Positions 1 to 10,198 are shown, counted from the first letter of the stretch. The stretch: DNA of 36,860 bases from Deltaproteobacteria bacterium (GCA_016218805.1 JACRCW010000091.1:1-36860), one strand, 5' to 3'. Numbers and translations: made by a program. Notes: generated by a model not told the origin, from the letters alone.

Positions 1-139
1 CCGAAAGAAGCCGCTCATGGATGGCGAGTCCCTGCCCGTGCGCGTGGCCGAGGATTTGGAGCGAATCAAGGCAGATGCCGAACTCGTCCGCAGCTTCTTC
101 GGGGCACCGAGTGTAGTCTATACCAAGGACTAGGCAATA
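1..139 (+). mobile_element. Right end of IS630-family insertion sequence
   Basis: Transposase stop at 131-133 is followed by GCAA and a TA at 138-139. IS630 elements target TA. The flanking minus-strand gene loses its membrane-protein character at this point. Confidence 0.65.
2..133 (+). CDS. IS630-family transposase, C-terminal fragment (5' part outside window)
   Basis: Frame 2 reads RKKPLMDGESLPVRVAEDLERIKADAELVRSFFGAPSVVYTKD*, resembling the KKPL..GESL..RV..DL..IK....LVRSFF...SV.Y..D C-terminus of an IS630 transposase subgroup (recognised from memory). Not in the ORF track because there is no start in the window. Confidence 0.75.
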   Translation, partial: RKKPLMDGESLPVRVAEDLERIKADAELVRSFFGAPSVVYTKD

Positions 140-793
140 AAGCAGGTACGCGGACGCCACGCGTGCAAAGTCCGCCACCACCGCCCACCACGCGCCGTCA
201 CTGAGAACCGTGACATCCGCCAGCACCAGCAGCGCCAGCGGCGCAAGCAGGCCGCGGGTCTCCGGGTCATCCAGCGCGCGCCGCTGCCGCCAGAGCAGCA
301 ACAAGGCCGCCAACAGCACGGGCAGCACGGCCGCGCGCGCCCACCCGGCCGGAGGGAGCCCGCGCCACAGGGACATCAGCAACAACATGCTCAGCCCGAC
401 GACGAGCGCGCCCAGGACCGCCGCCAGCGCCGCGTTCCGTGAACACACGCGCGCAGACACCGCCGGCACGGTGAGCCACGCCACCGCCTGCAGCACCCGC
501 GCACAGAGTCGCAAGGCACCGGCGGCGTCTGACCCGGCGGGCGCACCCACCGCGTGAATATCGGCAAGGACGTCCAGCGCACTCCCCAACAGCAACCCAA
601 GCGTCAGCGCCCACAGCGGGTCTTCGGCGCCGGGGCGGCGCGCATGGGCCGTGACCACCCACATGCCACCCGCCAACAGCAGGCAACTCACGTCCGCCAA
701 TGTCCCGAATTGCTCCGGGCTGTGCGCGCGCACAACCGCCAGCAGCGCCGCAATCACCACCAGGCCGGCCAGCGTCCCCGCAGAAAAAGTCAC
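140..793 (-). pseudogene. Multi-TM membrane sensor N-terminus (MASE3-like), interrupted by IS630; start approximate
   Basis: Open minus frame from GTG at 793 (VTFSAGTLAGLVVIAALLAVV...WALTLGLLLGSALDVL...LLAPLALLVLADV...VVADFARVASAYLLY) has several hydrophobic helices and no stop before running into the IS. The last helix resembles the MASE3 end motif GH..K..S.YL.Y. Confidence 0.55.
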
Positions 794-953
794 CTTATGG
801 GTGTGCGCGGCGCCTGCTCCGCGTGTTCCAACTGGCCCAGCCACGTGCGCCTCAACTCCCACCCGCGGCGGACAATGGGTGCCCGGCGCGCTCTCCGCAA
901 TCTTCCGCTACGGAAAGTAGCGTCCCACGTCGACGATCCGCCGCGGGGACACC

Positions 954-971
954 TGTCTCGTTTTCGAGACA
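954..971. promoter_or_regulatory. Perfect palindrome TGTCTCG-TTTT-CGAGACA, candidate activator (EBP) binding site
   Basis: 7-bp perfect arms with a 4-bp spacer; related copies at 10365, 24550 and 30223. Confidence 0.65.
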
Positions 972-1001
972 TCCCGTGCCGCCAGACCGCGAGCGCAGGC
1001 G

Positions 1002-1017
1002 AGGCATGATCAGTGCA
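1002..1017 (+). promoter_or_regulatory. Candidate sigma54 -24/-12 promoter of chemosensory operon
   Basis: AGGCATGATCAGTGCA = GG-N10-GC, close to consensus TGGCACG-N4-TTGCW, about 65 bp upstream of the first gene. Confidence 0.6.
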
Positions 1018-1081
1018 CGGTGGCGCACGGACGCGAGCGGCGCCGTAGGGCCGCCTGCGCCATGAGGGGAGAGCGGTGCGT

Positions 1082-1447
1082 ATGAAGAAGATCCTCCTGG
1101 TTGACGACTCGTCGACGTCGCTGATGCACAACCGGATGATCCTCGCCAAGGGCGCGTGGGAGATCATCACCGCGCGGGACGGGCAACAGGCCGTGGCCAT
1201 GGCCAGCCAGGAGAAACCGGACCTCATCGTGATGGACGTGATGATGCCCAATCTCGACGGATTCGGCGCGCTGCGCCTTCTGCGCGGGTCGGAACAAACG
1301 CGGGGCGTGCCGGTGATCATGGTGACCACGCGCTCAGAGGCCGATCACATTGAGCGCGGGTATGAGACCGGTTGCAGCGACTACGTCACCAAACCCGTCA
1401 ACGGAGCTGAACTGCTGGCGAAGGTCCGCAACCACCTGGGGGAGTAG
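1082..1447 (+). CDS. Single-domain response regulator (CheY-like receiver)
   Basis: ILLVDDS, LIVMDVMMP, VIMVTT and YVTKP motifs intact; purine-rich RBS upstream; alternative GTG start at 1076. Confidence 0.93.
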   Translation: MKKILLVDDSSTSLMHNRMILAKGAWEIITARDGQQAVAMASQEKPDLIVMDVMMPNLDGFGALRLLRGSEQTRGVPVIMVTTRSEADHIERGYETGCSDYVTKPVNGAELLAKVRNHLGE

Positions 1448-1454
1448 GAACGAC

Positions 1455-2180
1455 ATGGCGACCACAGACGCGGACGGCCGGGCGGAATACGTGCGCAGCG
1501 TCCGCGAGAACACGCAGCGGCTGGCGCAGGGGCTGCTCGCCGAGAACGAGAAGCTGGTGGCCCTGGCCACCGCGCTGCAGGTGGAACTGGACCGGTACCG
1601 GAAGGAGCGCGAAGAACTCCAGCACCAGCTGACCCGCATCCAGTCGGACGGCCAGCGGTTCCGCCAGCAGTATCACGAGGTGGAGCAGCAGAACGCGAAT
1701 CTCGCCAACCTCTACGTTGCCAGCTACCAGATGCACGCCGCGCTCCACCATGACGACGTGCTGGCCGCGCTCTCGGAGATCATCGTCAACCTCATCGGCA
1801 GCGAGGATTTCACCATCTACGAGGCGTCCGCGGAGGACCCGGAGTTGCTGGTGCGGGCGTGCGGCATGGGGCCGTCAGACAACGCGCGGCCCACGGTGCG
1901 CGTGGGTGATGGCGTTGTGGGTGGCCTGGTGGCGCGCGGCGTGGTGCACGTGGCCGGTCCCGACGGCGAGCGCGGCAGTGCGGAACCGGTGGCGTGTGTT
2001 CCCCTGCGGATTGACGGCGAGACCACCGGGGCCATTGTGGTGTTCAGCCTGCTGGCCCACAGGCCCGCGCTGGGCACGCAAGACCACGAGCTGCTGGACC
2101 TGCTGGCTACGCACGCCGCCACGGCGCTTCACTGCGCGCGGCTGCACGAGCGGTACTGCGCCGGCGGAGCGCTGACGTGA
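1455..2180 (+). CDS. Coiled-coil + GAF domain protein without output domain
   Basis: N-terminal heptad-rich helix (LLAENEKL...LQHQLTRIQ), then GAF-like VGDGVVG...VACVPLRIDGETTGAIVVF...DHELLDLLATHAATAL. ATG at 1455 follows the REC stop. Confidence 0.85.
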   Translation: MATTDADGRAEYVRSVRENTQRLAQGLLAENEKLVALATALQVELDRYRKEREELQHQLTRIQSDGQRFRQQYHEVEQQNANLANLYVASYQMHAALHHDDVLAALSEIIVNLIGSEDFTIYEASAEDPELLVRACGMGPSDNARPTVRVGDGVVGGLVARGVVHVAGPDGERGSAEPVACVPLRIDGETTGAIVVFSLLAHRPALGTQDHELLDLLATHAATALHCARLHERYCAGGALT

Positions 2181-2689
2181 GTTTCCCCCCGCATCCGGAG
2201 ACCTCTGCCAAGCCCCCTGACGATGTGGACTCGGCGCCGGGCCCGCGCCGCTACCTGCATGCCGGGCAACTCATGGTGTCCCGGGAACCGTGCTCCATCA
2301 CCACCATCCTGGGCTCCTGCGCTGCCGTGTGCCTGTTTGATCCACGTACGCGCACCGGCGGAATGAACCACTTCCTCCTGCCGCGGGGCGGCGCGCGGCA
2401 GTTTGAGCCGGCCCGGTACGGCGACGTCGCGGTGGAGTTGTTGCTGCGGCAGGTGCTTGCGGCGGGAGCCAACGCGGGGGCGCTGCAGGCCAAGCTGTTT
2501 GGCGGAGCACACGTCCTGTCCACGGAGCCGGCCAAGGCCGAGGACCTGGGCACGCAGAACACGGACGCGGCGCGCGCGGAGCTGGCCCGCCTCAAGGTGC
2601 CCGTCGTGGCGCACGACGTGGGCGGCCGCCGCGGCCGCAAGTTGGTGTTCAGCACGGATGATGGGCGCGCTTGGGTCAAGTTGCTCTGA
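2177..2689 (+). CDS. cheD: Chemoreceptor glutamine deamidase CheD
   Basis: ITTILGSCAAVCLFD, GGMNHFLLP, RYGD, AKLFGGA and DVGG..GRK motifs. Confidence 0.95.
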   Translation: MSFPPHPETSAKPPDDVDSAPGPRRYLHAGQLMVSREPCSITTILGSCAAVCLFDPRTRTGGMNHFLLPRGGARQFEPARYGDVAVELLLRQVLAAGANAGALQAKLFGGAHVLSTEPAKAEDLGTQNTDAARAELARLKVPVVAHDVGGRRGRKLVFSTDDGRAWVKLL

Positions 2690-2701
2690 GGCGGAGGCGG
2701 C

Positions 2702-4333
2702 GTGGAGACAGACCGCGAAGCGCTCACGCGCGAGTTCCTGGCCGAAAGCACGGACCTCCTGCGCGACATGGAGGAGGCGTTGGTGACCATGGAAGGCGCG
2801 CTTCCGGAGACCGCCGCCGTGGACGCGGTGTTCCGCGGAGCGCACACGCTCAAGGGAAACGCCGGCATTCTCGCGTTTGACGCGGTGGTTGAACTGGCGC
2901 ACGCGTTTGAAGGCCGGCTGGAGGGACTGCGCGGGCGGCACCCGGTGGACAGCGGCACGGTCACGCTGTTGCTCCGCGGAGTGGACGCCCTGCGTGACGC
3001 CATCAGCTGCGCACAGGTGGACCGCACCGCCGCCCTGCCCCCTTCCACCGCGCAGGTGCTGCAACAACTCCGCGCCGCTCCCGGCGCCGCCACCCGCGCA
3101 CCCACGGGCGCCCCGGCTGACGCCGCGCCGCCGGACGAGCGCGCGCGGACCTTGCGGGTGGACGTGGCGCGGCTGGACGAAATGCTCAACGTGGTGGGGG
3201 AAATCGCCGTGGCGCGGGGCCGGCTCACGCAGGCGCTTTCCGCCGGCGCCGCGCACGGCGGTGACGAACTGCTGGAGGCGTACGGCGACACCGAGCGCCT
3301 GTGGTCATCCCTGCAGGAATTGGTCATGCAGGTGCGCCTGGTTCCCGTGGGGCCCCTGTTCCGGCAACACCGCCGCACCGTGCGTGACCTGGCGTTGCGG
3401 CTGGGCAAGCGCGCCCGCCTGGTCCTTGAGGGCGAGGACGTGGAGTTGGACACGGCGGTACTGGACCACCTGCGCGATCCCCTGGTTCACATGGTGCGAA
3501 ACGCCGTGGACCACGGCTTGGAACCGCCGGAAGCGCGCGTGCAAGCCGGCAAGGACCCCGTGGGGACGGTCACGCTCCGCGCGCGTCACGACGCAGGCTC
3601 CCTGGTGATTCAGGTGGAAGACGACGGCCGCGGCCTGGACCGCGCGGCGATCCTGCAACGCGCGCGCGAGCGTGGCCTGCCCCCCGAAGCGGCCACGCAT
3701 GACGCGGACGTCTACCAACTGGTGCTGGAGTCCGGCTTCTCCACCGCGCCCAACATCACCGACGTGTCCGGCCGCGGCGTGGGGCTGGACGTGGTGCGCC
3801 GGAACATTGAGGCGCTCCGGGGAACAGTGACGCTGGACCTGCGCCCGGGAGGCGGTACCCGCGTCACGCTGCGGTTGCCCCTGACGCTGGCGATCATTGA
3901 TGGCTTCCGTGTCGCCGTCGGAGAGCACACGTTTGTGATCCCCATGGGCTCCGTGGTGGAGTGCCTGTCCCTGCCGGGCACCCGGCAGGCAAACGGCGGT
4001 AGCGGCGGCGTCCTGAACCTCCGCGGTGAAGCGCTCCCGTACCTGCAGCTGCGCAATGCGTTCCATCTGGGAGGTCCGTCGCCCACACGCGAGAGCGTGG
4101 TGGTGGTGCGCTACCACGGCGGACGCGCGGGTATCGCTGTCGACGAGCTGCTGGGCCAGGCGCAGACGGTCATCAAGCCGCTGGGTCCGTTGTTCCAGCA
4201 TCTCCCGTCCATTTCCGGCTCGGCCATCCTGGGGAATGGGCGGGTCGCGTTGATTGTCGACGTCGCGGCACTGGTTCGCGATGCCCTGCGCGGCGACGCT
4301 GCCCCACATATGGCCGGAGGAGAGACCGCATGA
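2702..4333 (+). CDS. cheA: Chemotaxis histidine kinase CheA (no P2 domain)
   Basis: Hpt FRGAHTLKG; dimerisation [44 protein letters not shown]-terminal CheW-like domain. Confidence 0.97.
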   Translation: METDREALTREFLAESTDLLRDMEEALVTMEGALPETAAVDAVFRGAHTLKGNAGILAFDAVVELAHAFEGRLEGLRGRHPVDSGTVTLLLRGVDALRDAISCAQVDRTAALPPSTAQVLQQLRAAPGAATRAPTGAPADAAPPDERARTLRVDVARLDEMLNVVGEIAVARGRLTQALSAGAAHGGDELLEAYGDTERLWSSLQELVMQVRLVPVGPLFRQHRRTVRDLALRLGKRARLVLEGEDVELDTAVLDHLRDPLVHMVRNAVDHGLEPPEARVQAGKDPVGTVTLRARHDAGSLVIQVEDDGRGLDRAAILQRARERGLPPEAATHDADVYQLVLESGFSTAPNITDVSGRGVGLDVVRRNIEALRGTVTLDLRPGGGTRVTLRLPLTLAIIDGFRVAVGEHTFVIPMGSVVECLSLPGTRQANGGSGGVLNLRGEALPYLQLRNAFHLGGPSPTRESVVVVRYHGGRAGIAVDELLGQAQTVIKPLGPLFQHLPSISGSAILGNGRVALIVDVAALVRDALRGDAAPHMAGGETA

Positions 4334-5964
4334 ATGTCAACATCGGCACACGACTCGCAGTCGGCTTTGGGATCATGTCCGCGCTGCTGCTGGCACTGGG
4401 CGGCGTGGCCCTGGACCGCATGGCACAGCTTCAAGCGGACATGCGGCTGGTGGTGTTCAACCGGATGCCCAAGGTGCGCGCCGCGGAAGACGGCATGTCG
4501 CTCATGGAGGACAATGCCCGCATTTCGCTGGCGGTGTTCATTGCCCGGGACCGCGCAGACGTGGACCGCCTGCTGGCGCGGCAGGAAGACAACCGCCGCG
4601 AGATCACGGACACCCTCCAGAAGCTGGAGCGGTCCTTGGACGACGAGCGCGGCCGCTCCCTGCTGCTGGCGGTCAAGGACGCGCGTGAGCGCTTCGTCGC
4701 GACCTTTGTCCGTGCACGCACGCTGCTGTTGCAGGACAAGCGTGACGACGCCCTGGCGGTGGCCAACACGGAGATTGCGTCGCGTCTGGACGACGTGCGG
4801 CGCGCGTGGGACGGGTTCATTGCGCACCAGGAGAACCTGGTGGATGAAGCCGCCCAGGCGGGCGAAGCCAACTACGTGGCCACGCGTGCCATTGTTTCCA
4901 CCGTCATGCTGTTGGCCCTGCTGGCGGCCATCTTTCTCGCATTCCTGGTCACCCGCAGCATCACCCGGCCCATTGCCACCGCCGTGGGCGCGGCGGAGCG
5001 CATTGCCGCGGGAGACCTCAGCCAGCAACTCCAGGTGGCGGGGACGGATGAGACCGCACGGCTGCTGCAGGCCATGCAGCAGATGTCCACGCGCCTGTCG
5101 CAGATCATCGGCGAGGTCCGGACCGGCGCGGACGCGCTGGGTTCCGCATCCACGCAGGTGTCTGCCACGTCACAGACGCTGTCACAGGGGACCAGCGAAC
5201 AGGCCGCGTCCGTCGAAGAGACCACCTCCAGCCTTGAGGAGATCAGCGCTTCCATTTCCCAGAACGCGGACAACAGCCGGCAGACGGAGCAGATGGCAGT
5301 GCGCGGCGCGAGCGACGCTGCGGAAAGCGGTGCGGCGGTGGACGCCACGGTCAACGCCATGAAGGACATTGCCGGGCGCGTCTCCATCATTGAGGACATC
5401 GCCTACCAGACCAACCTCCTGGCGCTGAACGCCGCCATTGAGGCGGCCCGTGCCGGCGAGCACGGCAAGGGGTTCTCCGTCGTGGCAACCGAGGTGCGGA
5501 AGCTTGCAGAGCGCAGCCAGGCCGCCGCCAAGGAGATTGCCACCCTGGCAACGTCCAGCATGGCGGTGGCCGAGCGTTCCGGCCAGTTGCTCAAGGACCT
5601 GGTCCCCGCCATCCGGAAGACCGCGGACCTTGTGCAGGAAGTCGCCGCCGCGTCCCGCGAGCAATCCAGCGGCGTGGCGCAGATCAACAAGGCGATGTCC
5701 CAGGTGGACATGGTGACACAGAGGAACGCGTCCGCTTCGGAGGAGTTGGCGTCCACGGCTGAGGAGATGGCGGCGCAGGCGGAATCCCTGCAGCAGCTGA
5801 TGGGCTTCTTCACGCTGGACACGGTCCACGCGCTGCGCACACCGCCCCGGAAGGACCGCGCGCGTTCCGTTCTCCCGCGGCTGGCGCCCTCTCCCTCGCG
5901 CCCACCGGCACCGGCCCCCCATCACGACGGCGTCGAACCCGAACCGGAATTCAGGCCATTCTGA
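4330..5964 (+). CDS. Methyl-accepting chemotaxis protein (TM, four-helix sensor, TM, HAMP, signalling domain)
   Basis: Two TM helices; HAMP (ITRPI...IAAGDLS...[10 protein letters not shown]); hairpin [40 protein letters not shown]. Confidence 0.97.
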   Translation: MNVNIGTRLAVGFGIMSALLLALGGVALDRMAQLQADMRLVVFNRMPKVRAAEDGMSLMEDNARISLAVFIARDRADVDRLLARQEDNRREITDTLQKLERSLDDERGRSLLLAVKDARERFVATFVRARTLLLQDKRDDALAVANTEIASRLDDVRRAWDGFIAHQENLVDEAAQAGEANYVATRAIVSTVMLLALLAAIFLAFLVTRSITRPIATAVGAAERIAAGDLSQQLQVAGTDETARLLQAMQQMSTRLSQIIGEVRTGADALGSASTQVSATSQTLSQGTSEQAASVEETTSSLEEISASISQNADNSRQTEQMAVRGASDAAESGAAVDATVNAMKDIAGRVSIIEDIAYQTNLLALNAAIEAARAGEHGKGFSVVATEVRKLAERSQAAAKEIATLATSSMAVAERSGQLLKDLVPAIRKTADLVQEVAAASREQSSGVAQINKAMSQVDMVTQRNASASEELASTAEEMAAQAESLQQLMGFFTLDTVHALRTPPRKDRARSVLPRLAPSPSRPPAPAPHHDGVEPEPEFRPF

Positions 5965-5981
5965 GCCGCGGGGGAGTGGTC

Positions 5982-6512
5982 ATGCTGAACCAGACGGACG
6001 GCGCGGCGCAGTACCTGACGTTCTTTGTGGCAGGCGAGGAGTACGCCATTGCGATCCTGCGGGTGGAGGAAATCATCCAATACCGCCCCATCACGCGGGT
6101 TCCCGGCACGCCAGCGTGCATCAGCGGCGTCATCAACCTGCGCGGCCACGTGGTTCCCGTCGTGGACCTCGCGGTGAAGCTCGGGCAGCCTCCCAGCCTG
6201 GTGGCGCGGCGGACGTGCATCGTGGTGGTGCAGGCGCGGGCGGAAGACCGGCCGCTCCTGCTCGGAATCATTGCCGACTCCGTGCACCAGGTGGTGGACC
6301 TCCGCCCGGAGGACATTGAGCCGCCGCCGCCCTTTGGCGTCCGCATCCGGCTGGAATACCTGACGGGCATGGTCCGGATGGACGCCAAGTTCGCACTGCT
6401 GCTCGACATTGACCGCGTGCTGGGCACGGAGGAACTGCTGGGCACAGCCACCCTGACAGCGGCCGAAGCGGCCACCGCCCACGCGGCACCCTCCGACGTT
6501 TCGCGCCTGTGA
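5982..6512 (+). CDS. cheW: Chemotaxis adaptor CheW
   Basis: QYLTFFVAGEEYAI, ITRVPGTP, GVINLRGHVVPVVDL; GGGGAG RBS before ATG 5982. Confidence 0.96.
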   Translation: MLNQTDGAAQYLTFFVAGEEYAIAILRVEEIIQYRPITRVPGTPACISGVINLRGHVVPVVDLAVKLGQPPSLVARRTCIVVVQARAEDRPLLLGIIADSVHQVVDLRPEDIEPPPPFGVRIRLEYLTGMVRMDAKFALLLDIDRVLGTEELLGTATLTAAEAATAHAAPSDVSRL

Positions 6513-7399
6513 CCGGTGCTCCTGGTCGCCCGAGAATGACCCGCGGCGAATTCGCGCTGTTTCAGGCACTGGTTCTCTCCGAGGCGGGCATCTGGCTGGC
6601 CGACGCCAAGCAGGCGCTGCTGGTAACCCGGCTGACCCGGCGCGTCCGCGAGCTGGGCCTGCCCTCGTTCCGCTCGTACCACGAGTTCGTGGAAGCGCAC
6701 CGCGACGCCGAGTTGCCGCGGATGCTCGACCTGGTCTGCACCAATGAAACCCATTTCTTTCGTGAGGCGCAGCACTGGGACCTGCTGGAATCAGCGGTGT
6801 TTCCCCGCTGGGAGGCCGAAGCAGCCGCCGGCCTCCGGCCGCACCACATCCGCGCCTGGTGCGCGGCCTGCTCAACGGGGGAGGAGCCGTTCTCGCTCGC
6901 CATGGTCTTGCACCGGCGGTTCGCTGCGCAGGGTTGGTCCGTGGACGTCCTGGCCAGTGACCTGTCCACGCGCGTGCTGGCCGCAGCCATGGAGGCAACC
7001 TGGCCGGTACAACGTGCGTCAGAGATTCCACCTCCGCTGCTGCGCCGCTACATGCTGCGCGGCACCGGCAGCCAGGAAGGCCGGATGCGGGCAACGCGCC
7101 AGTTGCGCGCGTTGGTCCGGTTTGAGCGGGTCAACCTGAGCCGCGCCCCGCTGCCGGTGCAGGGCCCGTTTGACCTGCTGCTGTGCCGCAACGTCCTCAT
7201 CTACTTCCGGCCCGACGACAAACTCGCCGTCATCCGCCGGCTGCTGCCGCACCTGGCTCCCGCCGGGCTGTTGCTCCTGGGTCACGCTGAGAGTCTCCAA
7301 GCCACCGATCTTGACATCGTCACGGTGGCTCCCACCGTGTACCAGCGACCCTCCCACGCGGCCCGCGCCGCTACCGGGCGGGAAGCGGACCCGCAATGA
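6509..7399 (+). CDS. cheR: Chemotaxis methyltransferase CheR
   Basis: TNETHFFRE, WCAACSTGEEPFSLAM, ASDLS, FDLLLCRNVLIYF, GHAESL. Confidence 0.97.
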   Translation: MTGAPGRPRMTRGEFALFQALVLSEAGIWLADAKQALLVTRLTRRVRELGLPSFRSYHEFVEAHRDAELPRMLDLVCTNETHFFREAQHWDLLESAVFPRWEAEAAAGLRPHHIRAWCAACSTGEEPFSLAMVLHRRFAAQGWSVDVLASDLSTRVLAAAMEATWPVQRASEIPPPLLRRYMLRGTGSQEGRMRATRQLRALVRFERVNLSRAPLPVQGPFDLLLCRNVLIYFRPDDKLAVIRRLLPHLAPAGLLLLGHAESLQATDLDIVTVAPTVYQRPSHAARAATGREADPQ

Positions 7400-8517
7400 T
7401 GAACACGCACCCGCCGTGCACCGTGCTGGTCGTGGATGACTCCGCCGTCGTCCGGGAATCCATGTCCCTCCTTCTGACACGCAGCGGACATTTCCGGGTC
7501 ATTTCTGCGCGTGACCCGATTGTTGCTGCGGAGCGACTCCGCGTGGTGCGGCCGGATGTGATTCTGTTGGACCTGGAGATGCCCCGGCAGGATGGCCTCA
7601 GCTTCCTCCGGCAGGTGATGGCCTCTGGTGATCCGTTGCCCGTGGTTGTGCTCTCGGCGCTGACGGGGGCGGGCACGGACGCCGCCCTCACGGCCCTGGA
7701 GGAGGGCGCTGTGGACGTCATCACCAAACCGCGCCTGGACGTCAAAGGCTTTCTTGAGGACTCCGTGATCCTCATCTCGGACGCGCTGCGTGCGGCCGCA
7801 AGCGTCCGCGCGCCGCGGGCCCGGACACCAATCCTGCCGTCCGCGCGTTTGTCCGCGGGTGCAGTCCTCCCCGCCGCGCGGCTGCTGGCGGTCACCACGG
7901 ACAAGCTGGTTGCCGTGGGAGCCTCCACCGGGGGCACCGAGGCGCTGCGGCGGTTCCTCACCGCGCTCCCGCCCTCCGCTCCGGGAATCGTCGTGGTCCA
8001 GCACATGCCGGAGCGGTTCACGCGTGCGTTCGCTGCGCGGCTGGACGCGGAGTGCGCCGTGACCGTCCGCGAGGCCGCCCACCTGGACAGCGTGATTCCC
8101 GGGCGCGTCCTGGTGGCGCCCGGAAACCGCCAGACCCGCGTCCGCCGAAGCGGCGCCAACTACATCGTGGAGGTTGTGGAGGGTCCGCTGGTGTCACGGC
8201 ACCGGCCCAGCGTGGACGTGCTGTTCCGCTCCGTGGCCGAGTCCGCCGGCGCCAACGCGGCGGGCGTCATCATGACGGGAATGGGCGACGACGGCGCCGC
8301 GGGCCTGCTGGAGATGCACCACGCCGGCGCCCTGTCCCTCGCCCAGGACGAGGCGTCCTGCGTGGTATTCGGCATGCCCAAGGAGGCCATCCGCCGCGGC
8401 GCTGTGGACGAGGTGGTAGCGCTGGACGCGCTGGCGGCCCGCGTCATGGCCTGGGCCGGCCGCCCCGTCAGCCCCAGTCCGCCAGGCGGCACCGCGCCTC
8501 CATCTCGTCCACGGTGA
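7396..8517 (+). CDS. cheB: Chemotaxis response regulator methylesterase CheB
   Basis: N-terminal REC; catalytic GASTGG, QHMP and TGMGDDG; HRPSVDVLF. Confidence 0.97.
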   Translation: MMNTHPPCTVLVVDDSAVVRESMSLLLTRSGHFRVISARDPIVAAERLRVVRPDVILLDLEMPRQDGLSFLRQVMASGDPLPVVVLSALTGAGTDAALTALEEGAVDVITKPRLDVKGFLEDSVILISDALRAAASVRAPRARTPILPSARLSAGAVLPAARLLAVTTDKLVAVGASTGGTEALRRFLTALPPSAPGIVVVQHMPERFTRAFAARLDAECAVTVREAAHLDSVIPGRVLVAPGNRQTRVRRSGANYIVEVVEGPLVSRHRPSVDVLFRSVAESAGANAAGVIMTGMGDDGAAGLLEMHHAGALSLAQDEASCVVFGMPKEAIRRGAVDEVVALDALAARVMAWAGRPVSPSPPGGTAPPSRPR

Positions 8518-9724
8518 TGGGCTTGCTGAACAGGTAGCCCTGCCCCACGTCACAACCCAGTTCCTCCAGCACGGCCAGCTGCTCGCGCGTTTCCACGCCT
8601 TCGGCCACCACCACCAGCTCCATCCGGTGCGCCATCTCCACCACGGCGCGCGCAATGGAGCGTGCCCGCGCGCTGACCGGCATGTCCACAACAAAAGACC
8701 GGTCCAGCTTCAGTTCATCCAACGGCAGCCGGTTGAGGTGACCGAGCGACGAGTAGCCCGTCCCGAAGTCATCCAGCGCGATGGTGAACCCCAGGTCCCG
8801 CGCTGCGGTCAGGACCGCGGCGGCGCGCGCCATGTCCCGCGCCACGGAGGTTTCCGTCACCTCCAACTGCACGCGTCCGGTGGCAACACCGGCCTCCGCG
8901 GCCAGGCGCTGCAGGCCCGGAATGAAATCCGCGGATTCAAGCTGGCGGGCGGATACGTTGACCGCCACATGCGGTGGTTCAATTCCGCCCTTTTCCCAGG
9001 CGGCAACCTGCAACATGGCGCACCGTAACACCCAGTTTCCCACGTCAATGATGAGGTCCGTCGCCTCCGCAACGGGAATGAACTCCGCGGGCGGGACAAA
9101 GCCGCCGTCGGCCCGCGGCCAACGGATCAGCGCCTCCGCACCCACCAGCAAGCGCCCGCGGATGGCAACCTTGGGCTGGTAATGCAGTGCAAACGCGTCA
9201 TCACGCAGCGCCGCGCGGATTCCCGCCTCCAGGCGCTGCTGGCCTTCGTCCGGCGGGCGGGCACCGGGCTGCCGCTCCATGCGGCGCCGGAACTCGGCCT
9301 CCGTGGCCTCGCGCCGCTTCAGGCGCGCTCGCACCGCGCGAAGCAGATCGGCCTTGCGGAATGGCTTGGGCACGTAGTCGTCCGCGCCCAGGTCCATGCC
9401 GGTACGCACGTCCGCATCCGAGGTGCGCGCGGAAAGGAAGATGACGGGAATGGCCTCCGTGGCCGGGTTGCCGCGGAGCTCTGCAAGCAGCTGGTGACCG
9501 TCCACGTGCGGCATGGCCACGTCTGAGACCACCAGGTCCGGCAGGCTGGCCACCGCCAGCGCAAGCCCAGCGCGGCCGTCCGCAGCCGCGGAAACACGAA
9601 ATCCCTCGTTTTCCAGAAAGCGCGCAATTGCCGTCCGCAGGCCCGGATCGTCCTCCACCACCAGCACGTGGCGCCCGGCGGCGCCGTCCTGCATGGGTGC
9701 GGGCACCACGGTGCGCTCGCTCAC
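8468..9724 (-). CDS. REC-EAL c-di-GMP phosphodiesterase response regulator
   Basis: REC (VVEDD, VSDVAMP, FLSA, VPKP) then intact EAL motifs: YQPK, EALIRW, VNVS, LEVTE, DDFGTGYSSL, KLDRSFV, AEGVET, QGYLFSKP. No GGDEF. Confidence 0.95.
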   Translation of the reverse strand: MSERTVVPAPMQDGAAGRHVLVVEDDPGLRTAIARFLENEGFRVSAAADGRAGLALAVASLPDLVVSDVAMPHVDGHQLLAELRGNPATEAIPVIFLSARTSDADVRTGMDLGADDYVPKPFRKADLLRAVRARLKRREATEAEFRRRMERQPGARPPDEGQQRLEAGIRAALRDDAFALHYQPKVAIRGRLLVGAEALIRWPRADGGFVPPAEFIPVAEATDLIIDVGNWVLRCAMLQVAAWEKGGIEPPHVAVNVSARQLESADFIPGLQRLAAEAGVATGRVQLEVTETSVARDMARAAAVLTAARDLGFTIALDDFGTGYSSLGHLNRLPLDELKLDRSFVVDMPVSARARSIARAVVEMAHRMELVVVAEGVETREQLAVLEELGCDVGQGYLFSKPITVDEMEARCRLADWG

Positions 9725-10164
9725 CGCGCGCGCGCCGACGGATCAGCCGCGTAGTAGCGGTCAACCAGCGGGAAGAACTCCTCCTCCTCCCGGTTGATGC
9801 GTCGACGCAGCGCAGCGGCCACCGCACGCCACTCGCTCAGGAACTGCGGCCCGGCCATGGCAATCTCGCAGGGGGACTTCCAGCGCGCCAGGAACGCGTC
9901 CAGCTCGCCGCTCAGCAGTTGCAGCTCGTCGCCAAACCGTTCCGCAACCGCCCGCAGGTCCGGGTCACTCTTTTCCCGCAAACCCGCAAACAGCACCCCG
10001 TCCTCCATCGCCAGGTGCACGCGCAGGACCCCCGCCAGCTCGGCCACCACGTTGCGAACGTCCGTGGCGGATTTCTCCACGTCGGAGTCAGCCAGCCGAT
10101 CAAGCTTGCTGGCCTTGTCCAGGATGAGACGATGCTGCCTTCGCAGATTGCTGGTGAATGCCAT
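9721..10164 (-). CDS. Hemerythrin-like (HHE cation-binding) domain protein
   Basis: LRRQH..I, VHLAMEDGVLF and RINREEEEFFP motifs; GGGAG RBS before ATG 10164. Confidence 0.85.
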   Translation of the reverse strand: MAFTSNLRRQHRLILDKASKLDRLADSDVEKSATDVRNVVAELAGVLRVHLAMEDGVLFAGLREKSDPDLRAVAERFGDELQLLSGELDAFLARWKSPCEIAMAGPQFLSEWRAVAAALRRRINREEEEFFPLVDRYYAADPSARAR

Positions 10165-10198
10165 CAAGACTCCCAGCGGGACGCGCCCGGGAGCGCAT

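Noticed and set aside
815..830. Minus-strand TGGAACACGCGGAGCA as promoter for the MASE3-like gene
   Set aside because: Poor -12 region and uncertain start codon; too weak in GC-rich DNA.
906..922. Small hairpin CGCTAC-GGAAA-GTAGCG, considered as part of a riboswitch
   Set aside because: Only a 6-bp stem and no second conserved element recognisable.
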